The position numbers and the translations under genes are program-made. The notes beneath the pieces are model-generated. The model saw only the letters and a list, made by a program, of their open reading frames with translations, had not been told where the DNA came from and made no database searches. A stretch of DNA of 64,000 nt from NCBI RefSeq assembly GCF_006345805.1, contig NC_042997.1, forward strand, positions 157,852,001 through 157,916,000, given 5' to 3'. Below are positions 50,429-61,690 of this stretch, piece after piece. Numbering within the stretch: position 1 is the stretch's first letter; the number at the start of each line of letters is the position of its first letter. This stretch comes from Octopus sinensis. Its lineage: Eukaryota.

Positions 50429-50606
50429 GTAATTCTGATTTTTTATATAATTTTCATCTCTCTTGCCCGCCTAATTGTTCTGGTGTCCGCGAATTTTCCC
50501 TAGAGAACATCTTTTCTTTGTAGTTTGATCATTGATGATCTATTTCTAGCATACGGCGGAGTACCTAGTGGTCTTGCCCTTTGAATATACAGATGTATAT
50601 ATATAA

Positions 50607-50678
<72 letters not shown>

Positions 50679-50727
50679 GTGAATTGAAGAAATGGAGCTG
50701 AACGCAGATTGAACAGAAATCGTTTTA

Positions 50728-50816
50728 TTTCATTCTACACGTGTTTCGAAAGGCACAAATTACCAAAATCCGATTGAATAATGGGACCATATTGTGTCTT
50801 TCTCTTCAGGAAGAAA
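50728..50816 (-). ncRNA. Type I hammerhead ribozyme (left arm, complete stem I)
   Basis: Minus strand: TTTCTTC CTGAAGA GAAAGACACAA…TTGTGCCTTTC GAAA C-ACGT-G TA GAATGAAA; stem I has one bulge. Confidence 0.8.
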
Positions 50817-50820
50817 AAAG

Positions 50821-50907
50821 GAAATCCTGAAGAGAAAGACACAATATGGTCCATTATTCAATCGGATTTTGGTAATTTGTGCCTTTCGAAACACGTGTAG
50901 AATGAAA
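50821..50907 (+). ncRNA. Hammerhead ribozyme (right arm, intact core, stem I truncated)
   Basis: CTGAAGA at 50827-50833, GAAA at 50888-50891 and GTA at 50897-50899; only 2 bp of stem I remain. Confidence 0.6.
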
Positions 50908-51127
50908 TAAAACGATTTCTGTTCAATCTGCGTTCAGCTCCTTTCTTCAATTCACCAATAATGTTTTAATTTCAATTATCCGCACCAACGCACGGTTGCA
51001 ACGCCAGATGGTTGTACCTCCAACCGTGCTGTTCACTGCTGTGATTTTTGCTACTAAGGTATCGGTTAAACTTTTGATTAATCCACTACAAGATTATTCA
51101 TCTTTCTATTTCACATAATAATATATA

Positions 51128-51159
<32 letters not shown>

Positions 51160-51315
51160 TTATTATATATATCTATATATATCTATATATATATGCCTCA
51201 TCTTGTATCACATTTGGCTGTATATTTTTGGGAGTGCGGTTGAATATTAGTTATGCGATGACGCTTGAGCACGTACATATTTAATCCTAACACTCGCAAA
51301 TTTATAACTTGGAGT

Positions 51316-51377
51316 ACCACACTGAGGAGAATAATAGGTAAATATAATTTACTTTAACTTCGAAACGCGTCTGTGGT
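51316..51377 (+). ncRNA. Type I hammerhead ribozyme (GUC site)
   Basis: Perfect stem I ACCACA/TGTGGT; CTGAGGA at 51322-51328; stem II GAA…TTC with inner AGGTAAAT/ATTTACTT; GAAA at 51362-51365; palindromic stem III ACGCGT; GTC at 51369-51371. Confidence 0.87.
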
Positions 51378-51894
51378 TAACCTAAGTCGTTGTGGATTCA
51401 TCATTTTTCGTCTTACCTACATATAAAAGTGTATTATTTTCTCGGAGGTTCTTATGGTAGTTGAAATGACATTAGCGTCTATTTCTAATTCAGTACGCGG
51501 CCAGGCACTTAGCTGGCCGCTGATTATAATTATGTATATAATTATAGAATATTTTGTATAATTCACCTAAAAAAGTTTTTTTAATGTACTGACTACTTGG
51601 TAAAATTAATAATTATCAATAATTAATTAATTAATTAGATAATTAATTTTACCCTATATTCTGAATTAAAAAAATGATTAGATCGGCTATTTTCATTCAA
51701 AAGCTATTAGAGTGGTTCAGCCCAAAAGTAAAGAATCTGAAGTAAAATGAAAGGACGTTACACGAATAATGAAAACATAACAATGGTGTTGCCATAGGGT
51801 ACTGCGAAAAGTTTTTATCAAAATCGAATCACAGAAAACCAAGAAATCCTAAATTTCACTCCTAAGCTATTAGTGTGATTAAGAGTGTATATAT

Positions 51895-52040
51895 AGGACG
51901 GGCTTATTCCAGTTTCCGTCTACCAAGTCCATTTACAAGGCTTTGGTCGGCCCAAGGATATAGTAGAAGACACTTGCCCAAGATGCACCATAGTGGGACT
52001 GAACCCAGAACCATGTTGTTAGGAAGCAAGCTTCTTACTA
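51895..52040 (-). mobile_element. SINE family A head/core
   Basis: gacgggcttattccagtttccgtctacc…gaagacacttgcccaag…gtgggactgaaccc. Confidence 0.8.
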
Positions 52041-52074
52041 CATAGTCATGCCTGCGCCTAATTTATATATATTG

Positions 52075-52405
52075 AGATCCCCTTCGGTTATGACTGACCG
52101 TGGGATTGCACCTAGAAAGTTACCCTCCCAGGCACAAGTCCGGGCAAGGTTGTTTATGGAAGACCAGCAGTCGCCCATGCATACCGACCTCCCCTCTCCA
52201 CGCCACTAGTGTTATCCAAGGGAAAGCAAAGGCCGATACAGCTTGGAACCTGTGAGGTCGCAACTCATTTCTACAGCTGAGTGAACTGGAGTAACGTGAA
52301 ATATAGTGTCTTGCTCAAGAACACAACACGCATCCCGGTCCGAGATTTGAACTCACACCCTCACGATCGTAAGCTCGACGCTCTAACCACTGAATCATGC
52401 GCCTT
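52075..52405 (-). mobile_element. SINE family C, long form
   Basis: tRNA-like head at the right end (ggcgcatgattcagtggttagagcgtcgag…gagttcaaatctcggacc), homologous to 43960-44185, plus a longer tail. Confidence 0.75.
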
Positions 52406-52410
52406 CAATT

Positions 52411-52470
<60 letters not shown>

Positions 52471-52498
52471 TGTGTGTGTGTATGTGTGTGTAAGTGTG

Positions 52499-52542
<44 letters not shown>

Positions 52543-52911
52543 AAACCCTATTTCTGTGGACGGTACTGATTCACCAAACTGAAACGAGATTTATTTCCTC
52601 TTTATTTCAATTTCTTTTAAATCTACCCATTTATCTGCTGGACGATTTTTTATCTGCTACTGATGCATTTGTGCTTTTTCTTTGTCATATATTTGCAATA
52701 AGTATGACACACAGATGGCAATTTTAAATACTTATTCGATTGCATATAAAAGATTCTTAAACCATTATATATTATTGCATTCATTATATTAAACTAGCTT
52801 ATACATAAATTCAACTCCACAGCAGATGTTTCGTTGGATATTTTTATATTACAATTGATTTAATTTAGTTTAGGCGGAAAATAGTTATCCATCTATCTAT
52901 CATTCATCTTC

Positions 52912-53110
<199 letters not shown>

Positions 53111-53220
53111 TGTGTATGTGTGTTGTTTGTCTGCTTCTCTCCCTACCCCTCGCTGTATACACGCACACATACATATATACACATTTGTGGCTTTTCATGT
53201 GCAGAGGCACACGCAGCAAT

Positions 53221-53270
<50 letters not shown>

Positions 53271-53365
53271 TTAATAAGGGTGAGAGATATAATCGATTGA
53301 ACCACATGTGTATTTATCGTTATGGTAAAATCTGGCGTGGGATTGAGTAGATTGTGTCCAGATAG

Positions 53366-53445
53366 TTTTGGCTGAGGAGCTACAAGTGAATTAGTGTGAG
53401 TAAAATTACATTTAATTCAGTAATAGCGAAACAATTGTCCCAAAA
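53366..53445 (+). ncRNA. Type I hammerhead ribozyme (GUC site)
   Basis: Perfect stem I TTTTGG/CCAAAA; CTGAGGA at 53372-53378; stem II GCTA/TAGC with inner TGAATTA/TAATTCA; GAAA at 53428-53431; palindromic stem III ACAATTGT; GTC at 53437-53439. Confidence 0.87.
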
Positions 53446-53599
53446 TAATCTGTATTTTTGTTATTTTTATTTGCCCTGATCGTTTGAGCTAACAATCGTG
53501 CTGACTTTCATGGGAAACATTTATTTTGTGGTTGAAACCTATTGGATCTATTTCTAGTGCTAGAGTGAGCCACATAGTGACCACTCTCTTATATTTATT

Positions 53600-53677
<78 letters not shown>

Positions 53678-53722
53678 TAACAATATATTTGTATGTATAT
53701 ATCTATCTATCTATATATATAT

Positions 53723-53769
<47 letters not shown>

Positions 53770-53770
<1 letters not shown>

Positions 53771-53997
53771 TACAAAATGGGACAAGAACGCAAAACATCC
53801 AAAAGACGATACAAAAAAAACGGAGGGTCATTCGAAGCCTTTAATCTTCAGTCAAGAACCGGATCATCAAGATTAATCAGCCGAATTTGCGAGGATGATG
53901 CGGTTCTTGACTGAAGATTAAAGGCTTCGAATGATGACCCGACCGTGTTTTTTCGTATCGTCTTCTGGATGTTTTGCGTTCTTGTCCCATTTTGTAT
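53770..53997. repeat. Fold-back element (~100-bp arms, ~25-nt spacer)
   Basis: atacaaaatgggacaagaacgcaaaacatcc… / …ggatgttttgcgttcttgtcccattttgtat, between (TG)n and (TA)n. Confidence 0.9.
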
Positions 53998-54020
53998 GTA
54001 TATATCTATCTATCTATCTA

Positions 54021-54077
<57 letters not shown>

Positions 54078-54082
54078 CCAAA

Positions 54083-54447
54083 TAAATAATAACAGACAAT
54101 GGGTAATTGTCAGGTCATTACAGCTGTTTCTTGCGCATTTTTTTACAACTGAAGAATGAGAACATTACTCCATTATTAAAAAAAAAAACCTTAATCATCA
54201 CATGAAGCGTATTTTTACAAACAAAAGAATATCTCCAGAATACAACAGGGACGTGGCTAGAGTCTTTCGCGATTAACTATTGTTGCCTTTTTTGAAGCAG
54301 GTGAATATTCTTTTTGTTTGTAAACTTACGTTTCATCTGATAATTACGGTTTTTTGTAATGAAGTAATGCTCTCATTCTTCTATTAAAAAATTATGTAGG
54401 AAACAGCTGTTATGAGCTGACCATTACCTATCATTTGTTATTATTTA
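54083..54447. repeat. Older, diverged fold-back (~150-bp arms)
   Basis: taaataataacagacaatgggtaattgtcaggtcattacagctgtttc… / …gaaacagctgttatgagctgaccattacctatcatttgttattattta. Confidence 0.75.
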
Positions 54448-54499
54448 GTTGCTTATAATACACCAATAGGATTTACGACAATCCTCATTTTACACACAC

Positions 54500-54556
<57 letters not shown>

Positions 54557-54855
54557 ATATTTGTATGTATATACACACATGCATACAAATACATAATTAT
54601 ACATATACATATTTATACATACATACATTACATATATAATATATATATATATATATAAATGTGTATATATATATAAATGTGTATATATATATATATATAT
54701 TATATATATATATATATTACATATTATATATAGCATGGGTTTAGGTGTTAATGCTACTTTTTAGATTTGGTTTACAGAATTCTTGATAAGAATTCGTGCA
54801 CATTATATACATTATTTACATGTGACGGATATTTGTCCTCATCTTGTTTGTTGTT

Positions 54856-54901
54856 AACACAACGTTTCGGCTGTTATACCTTCCAGCCTTCATCAGGTGT
54901 C
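54856..54901 (-). ncRNA. Minimal type I hammerhead (loop-less stem III) in a PLE-type terminus
   Basis: Minus strand: GACAC CTGATGA A GGCTG-gaaggtataa-CAGCC GAAA CG TT GTGTT; stem III is the palindrome AACGTT. Confidence 0.75.
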
Positions 54902-55031
54902 TTTGGGAAATTTCGAACCTGAGTTCTCATTCCGAAGGTATCATTTTCGATGTTCTCTTCTTCTTCTTCTTCTTCTTCTTCTTCTTCTTCTTCTTCTTCT
55001 TCTTCGTTTCTTTCTTCCTCTTTCTCTTCTT

Positions 55032-56759
55032 TGCTGGTACTGTCACCTCTATCTGATATGCTAAATAGAACTGGATGCGGATATAAGTGTTACGGCAAAA
55101 TGATCAGCCACCTTTTATATATGGATGACCTAAAACTATACGCCACAAATGACAAACAGCTGGAAACACTACTAAAGACAGTTCATGGATTTACCAAAGA
55201 AATAGATATGAAATTTGGATTAGAAAAATGCGCCAAAGTAACCCTGAAAAGAGGAAAACTAGTTAAGAGTAGCAACATCACACTAGATAAAACCAATGAA
55301 ATAAAAGAATTAGACCAAAGCCAAACTTACAGATACTTAGGAATCCATGAACTAGATAAGACACAACACACACAAATGAAAGAGAAAATAAAAAAAAGAT
55401 TATTATAGACGAGTTAAATCAATACTAAAAACAGAGCTCAATGCTAAAAACCAAGATAATAGGTATTAACACTTTAGCCGTCCCAGTTATAAGTTACAGC
55501 TATAATATGCTTAACTGGACACTAAATGAACTGACCAAAATAGATAGGAAAACAAGAAAAATAATGACAGGATCTAGGGTGCATCACCCAAAATCTGACA
55601 TAGAAAGGCTATATATACAACGTATAGAAGGTGGGTAGAGGCCTTATACAACTGGAAAACTATAAAATAACCACCATAGAACTGCAAAAATATCTACTTC
55701 AGAAGGAATGAAAACTGATACAAACAGCGGCCAAACAGGAGCAAAACAAAAAACTTTTCTCAGTATTTAAGGAAGCTGACAAATACAAACAAGAAATCAT
55801 ACCACCTAAAAAATATGAAGAAGAAGAAGATGAAAAACAACAAAAGCTATAAAACAAATGAAATCCAAACTAAAAATAGAACAGCAACGAACCATGATAA
55901 AACGATGGCAAGAAAAGCGACTTCATGGCAAATACTGGACTAAACTAAATGCAAAAGAGATAGACAAAGAAAAATCCCACAATGGTTGAGAAGCTCAGGA
56001 CTCAAAGCAGAGACAGGGGATTTTAATTGCAGCACAAGACCAAAGCCTCCCCACCAGAAATTACCAAAAACATGTAATGAAAAGAAATATAACAAGTTGC
56101 AGAATATGTGGAGATGGACAAGAAACAATAAATCATATTATCTCTGGCTGCCCAGTCCTGGCTAAGAAGGAATATATTCACAGACATGACAGAGTTGGAA
56201 CTATATACACTGGAAGCTATGCCAACATTATGGAATAACAACAGAAAAAAGATGGTATAGGCAGACACCAGAAAAGGTCACAGAAAACGAGAAAGCAACC
56301 ATACTCTGGGATATGCCGATACACACAGATAGAGAAATTAAGGCTAACAGACCAGATATAGTTGTCAGAGATCATGAAGAAAAAAAATGCTTTCTAATTG
56401 ATGTATCAATACCGGCAGATGACAACGTGTCTCTAAAAGAAATGGAGAAACTTTCAAAATTCAAAGACCTGGAAATAGAGGTAACCAGAATTTGGAATCT
56501 AAAAACAGAAACAATTCCTATCATAGTAGGTGCACTAGGCATGATAAAAAAATATTCAGACAAATACATAACAAAAACACCAGGACTTACAAACACATAT
56601 AACATACAGAAAATTGCACTACTAGGCACTGCACATATCTTACGCAGAACACTTTCCATACAATAACCATCAGAACATCACAACAAATCACAGCACATAC
56701 CCAAGGCACACAGAGCTGCGCTCGGTAGTGAAGTGAAAGCACACTATAAAAATAAACTA

Positions 56760-56763
<4 letters not shown>
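55032..56763 (+). mobile_element. R4/Dong lineage 1, 5'-truncated (RT to RLE plus 3' UTR), several frameshifts
   Basis: SPLSDMLNRTG…HLLYMDDLKLYA…KFGLEKCA…YRYLGI…HHPKSDIERLY…GRG, followed by CCHC and RLE; ends actactga then (ATA)n. Confidence 0.92.
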
Positions 56764-56811
<48 letters not shown>

Positions 56812-57799
56812 TAATGATAATAATAATTAATAATAACAACAATAATAATATTAATAAGAATAACAAAAATAATAATAATAATGATACTAAATACTACAAC
56901 TACTACTATTATGATAGCACAGGAATCTGAGGCCGAACTACCACCCTTGCCACTATCCCCACCCCTTCTACTGTTGCTGTTGCTGCAACCACTGCCACTA
57001 CTACACATAAAAACAATAATACCAGGTATATCAGTGATGATAATAATAATGAAAAGAAACGGGTGGAGTCTCCTTATGGGCTAATAATGATAATCTAGTG
57101 ATGGTGTCACAATAAAAACACTGGTAATTGCGCAACATGATAATCGCTACCTCATGTGATGGTACTTTATGTAGTTTGTTCTTAGTGCTTGTTCTTAGGC
57201 AGCACAGATTAGAGCCTCCGTTTCCGGTTTTAAATCACAATGACAATGACAAAACAAAATATTGTGAAGAGCGGTGGTAATGAAACTGAAGCCAATGTTA
57301 CACTCGGTAGGCTCAAAGATTCTGGTCCGGCTCAGCCTGTTGAAATCCAGAAAGGGACCACCACACATGGCGTAGATGGAGCAAACAAATTAATGCTGTC
57401 GTCGTCACACACAACACACACACACAAACATATCTACACACACATACGTATATATCGTGACATCTGTTTTTATTTATATGTACGTATACAATCATGCACA
57501 CACACAAACACATATACACACCTACCTACACTTACAAGTCACTGCCATCCCCCACACACATGCACTCATATTTAAATCCATATGTTCTTACGTAAATGTG
57601 TATGAGTTCGTCTGTGTTTCTTTGCATATATATGATTGAATTATTATTATCCTTAGATTTTAACTAGCAAAAGGTCCAGGTATTAAAGGATGAAATTCTA
57701 AACAATGACACCCACATAAAATTACGCACTCACGATCACGCGTACATATTCACACAAAAACATATATATGTTCGCATATATGCACAGATATATTGATTT

Positions 57800-57995
57800 C
57801 AAATTTTGACACAAGGCTAGCAAGATCGTTGGGAGCGCTAATTGTTCATATCCACCCAAGTATTCAACTTATTTTATCGACCTCGAATGGGTGTAAGGCA
57901 TAGTCGATCCCGGTGGCATTTGAACTCAGAACGTAATGTCGGAAGAAATGCCGTTAAATATTTTTTCCGGCGCGGTAACACTTCTGCCAGTTCGT
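57800..57995 (-). mobile_element. SINE family B, diverged
   Basis: ttttatcgacctcgaatgggtgtaaggcatagtcgatcccggtggcatttgaactcagaacgta…. Confidence 0.7.
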
Positions 57996-59099
57996 CGCCT
58001 TTATATATGCACAACATATTATTACAGTTTTGTCCCCTATCTCTATTCCTGGGTAGGCTTTTAACGTATGTGTGTGCATGCATATGTGTGTATGCACACA
58101 CACACATACACACATTTATATATTCTTGCCCTCCCTCTTTCTATCTCTATATATCTACACATACACACACACGTCTACCACATATTCTCTCTTGATACAT
58201 TGACATATACATACATATAAATGTGTGTACACACACACATATACACACGCACCCCCACACGCACACACACACACTTATATATATTGGTATATATATATAT
58301 TTTTTATCTACAATGTGTATGTATGTATATTTCTTTGTAGAGTGTGAGCATGAAAAGACGGTTGTCTATATATTTGTTGAAATACGACCAAGTTTCTTTG
58401 TCTCCGGACAGTAAAAGTAAATAGTGGAATATAATGTTACAGGAACACACGTGCCCCTTGTCGTCCAATATTACATTAGAGCAAATTAAATGTCGATCTT
58501 AGCCATGCAACCCAAAAGATAGTGTTGGAGAACAGCAAATATTAACTGTAGTCGTATAGCAACTGATTAAAGTTGATCGTGACTTTCGACTTTGGCTTGG
58601 TGGTCGAAGGTAGGGAGCATAACACAATGTCTGTCACATATTATTGTACACATACATACACACGCAGTTCGCACGCACGCACATGCACATATATGTATAT
58701 GTGTGCGCACGTATTTTTGCCATTTATATATATATTTACACACACACACACACACACACACTCACACACGCACAAAGACAATGATATTTGCTCTGATATG
58801 CTAGAGTTAGAATCCAAAAGGGGAAATGTGATAACCTCTCCGCTATAAATTGAAGCTTGTTCTGCCTGGGAAAAATGTTATTTAACTTCAAATTTCGACA
58901 AAGATAGAATTCTAAAATCCATAATTCTACAAAAATGCTATTAAGTTTGACATACAAAGGTCTACTTGTAGTCAAAGTTTTAGTACTAACTGTTACAAGT
59001 TAATATTAACGGTATTAATACTAATTGTTTCCCATTAATATTAGAGTATTATGACTAAAGTTTAGAGACAAAGTGTCATTATTTACAACCAGTAATTTG

Positions 59100-59485
59100 G
59101 TGAGCTGGCAGAAACGTTCGCTCTCTGGACGAAATGCTTAGCGGTATTTCGTCTGAGTTTCAAATTCCGCCTAGGTCGACTTTGCCTTTCATCCTTTCGG
59201 GGTCGATAAATTAAGTACCAGTAACGCATTGGGGTCGATGTACTCGACTTAATCCGAATTTCGAGCCTTGTGCCTAGAGTAGAAAAGAATCATTAGCACG
59301 CCGGGCCAAATGCTTAGCGACATTCCGTCCGCCTTGACATTCTGAGTTCAAATTCCGCCGAGGTCGGCTTTGCCTATGATCTTTTCAGAGTCGATAATTT
59401 AAATACCAGTGGAACACTGGCGTCGATGTAATCTATTAGTCCCTTCCCGCAAAATTTCAAGCCTTGTGCCTTTAGTAGAAAGGAT
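59100..59485 (+). mobile_element. Two tandem SINE family B copies
   Basis: gagctggcagaaacgtt…gccttgtgcctagagtagaaa, then attagcacgccgggcc…gccttgtgcctttagtagaaa. Confidence 0.85.
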
Positions 59486-59489
59486 TATT

Positions 59490-59935
59490 TACAATCAGTG
59501 ACACATTTAGTCTTGTAAAGAGCGGGTTGTGAAAATTCTCAATTTTCTGGATGAAGACCGTCCTGTATCTATAAAGACAATAAGCATTTAGTTTGCAGTT
59601 GGTGTGGCAACTATACACAAAACTATTCATGAAGATTTGAACATGCACAAAATTTGTGTTCATTGACGATCCGCTTGGTGACCAACTCCTTTACTGAGAT
59701 AGGGATCAGAACTGTTCCTCATCCTCCTTAAAGCGACAGTAATGTTTCAAATGTTATAACAAGGGTCCCGGACATCTTTTTTGTGGAGGACTTCCAAGGA
59801 GTCTTCATGAAGTGGCTGGAGCGCTAAAGTCAAAGGATTCTACTTTGAAGGAGATAAGAGTTTTGTACTTCTCTGAAACTAATAAATATCTCCACTGAAC
59901 AAGTTTGACAACTTCTGGAATGCACCTTGTGGCAT
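59490..59935 (+). mobile_element. Internally deleted mariner remnant
   Basis: ERVVKILNFLDEDRPVSIKTIS…TIHEDLNMHKIC…LVTNSFTEIGIRTVPHPP…EDFQGVFMKWLER, then TIR-like acaacttctggaatgcacctt. Confidence 0.75.
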
Positions 59936-60126
59936 TGCAATTTCTGATATGTTTATATTTCCTCCAAAATTAAGATCAACTGTTTTATTAATACTATCTT
60001 CCTAGATTTTAAATAAGCACAAAAAGAGCCCACTCAAATTATTTGGATAATCAGGTTGATCGAGGTGTTTCAACTCACTATATTATACATATCACATATA
60101 TATATATATATATATATGGCTATATT

Positions 60127-60193
<67 letters not shown>

Positions 60194-60353
60194 TGCATAC
60201 TTATACATGTGATATGTATATATATATATACATACATATCACATGTATAAGTATGCATCTGTGTGTGTGTGTGTTTATACGAATTCATCAAGTAGTCAGC
60301 GTGAAAACCTCATAAGGAAAAATGTCTTATTATTTCCTTCAAATATATTTATT

Positions 60354-61029
60354 TATATTAAGGGCATTACTACACGTAAATGCCTCACGCTATGAGGGAC
60401 TCTTAAAGTCAAGACTACCATAATAAATACACAGTGTATCGAACGCGAGAGAATGCAATCTTTGAAGCCAACCCTTAAAACTGATTCAGCCGCAAATCAT
60501 ATGGTTTCATAGTGTACATAATCCACTTCCTAATCGTCAGTTCATGCATAATCAAGACACATAAAAATGAACAAAATCAACATACCAGACGAACACCAAG
60601 TGTATACAACATAGTACATAAAGAAGTTCCCTCTTATATATCTATGCAAGAGGCGGGCTTTTCAAATTGCATCTCGGTACACGTGTATATTCAGAATAAT
60701 TCAGCACTGAAAATATTCCGGTTAAGTTTAAAATTTAAAATAGGATAAAATCTTTATAAGAATTTATCAAGTAGTCAGCGTGAAAAACCTCATGTTGATT
60801 TTGTTCATTTTTATATGTCTTAATTATGTCTGCACTGATGATTAGAATGTGGATTATGTACACTAACTATGAAATCATACGATTTGTGGCTGAATCTGTT
60901 TTTAAGGGTTGGCTTCAAAGGTTGCTTGCATTCCCTCGCGTTCGGGACACTGTATGTTTATCATGGTAATTTTGACTTTAAGAGTCCCTCATAGCATGAG
61001 GTATTACGTGTAGTAATACCCTTAATATA
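60354..61029. repeat. Inverted repeat (~230-bp arms, ~205-bp spacer) with decayed HHR-like cores
   Basis: 60354-60583 versus 60792-61029; the arms carry CTGACGA/CTGATGA…GAAA-CCATATG/TCATACG. Confidence 0.85.
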
Positions 61030-61690
61030 TATATATATATAATCATAATAAGCAACAAGTATATCCAAGGTAGAGTAGTACAATTGTGTTCATGCTACTT
61101 AATTTTATTAGACACTGTAATTATTACATCATCAGTTTTAAAGTGTCGAGCAATAACAATATATATACTAATATATATATATAATGTATATATATATATA
61201 TATATATATTAATATATATATATATATACACGAGTGAGTGGACAAACAAACGAAGGGAATTCAACAAATTTATTAGGACTTACATGTATGGATCAAAATA
61301 CTTTGATTCAAACTCGTTGTTACTCTTGGTTATTGTTGTCATTATTGTTCTTTTTATTATCACAGCGCTATTGTTGTTGTTTTGATTTCATCTGTTTGTG
61401 TTGTTGTTGTTGTTGTTACAGTTGTTTGTGTTGGGAATGTTGTGGTTATCATTGTTATTGTTATTGCCACTATTGTTGTAGTCATTCATATTGCCACTGT
61501 TAGTGTTGTTGCTGCTTTGGTTTCGTATGTTTGTGTTGTGATTCTTGTTGCATTGTCCTAACCGCTATCTTACTTTTAAGAACGCTTTTTCAATCTCAGA
61601 CAAACATTTTTCCTGTGAGCATCTTCTCAATAGAATCTCCTCAATAGAATCAATAATTGCAACCACTCCAACGACCTCACAGGTTGTGCA

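Larger units (their letters stand above)
50672..50962. repeat. Near-perfect ~290-bp fold-back of two head-to-head HHR-containing arms
   Basis: attattggtgaattgaag… / …cttcaattcaccaataat, with a short purine-rich spacer around 50811-50825; preceded by (TA)n. Confidence 0.92.

Noticed and set aside
57198-57305. Putative exon between a ttcttag acceptor and a GTAGGC donor
   Set aside because: All frames from the acceptor hit stops and there is no other support.
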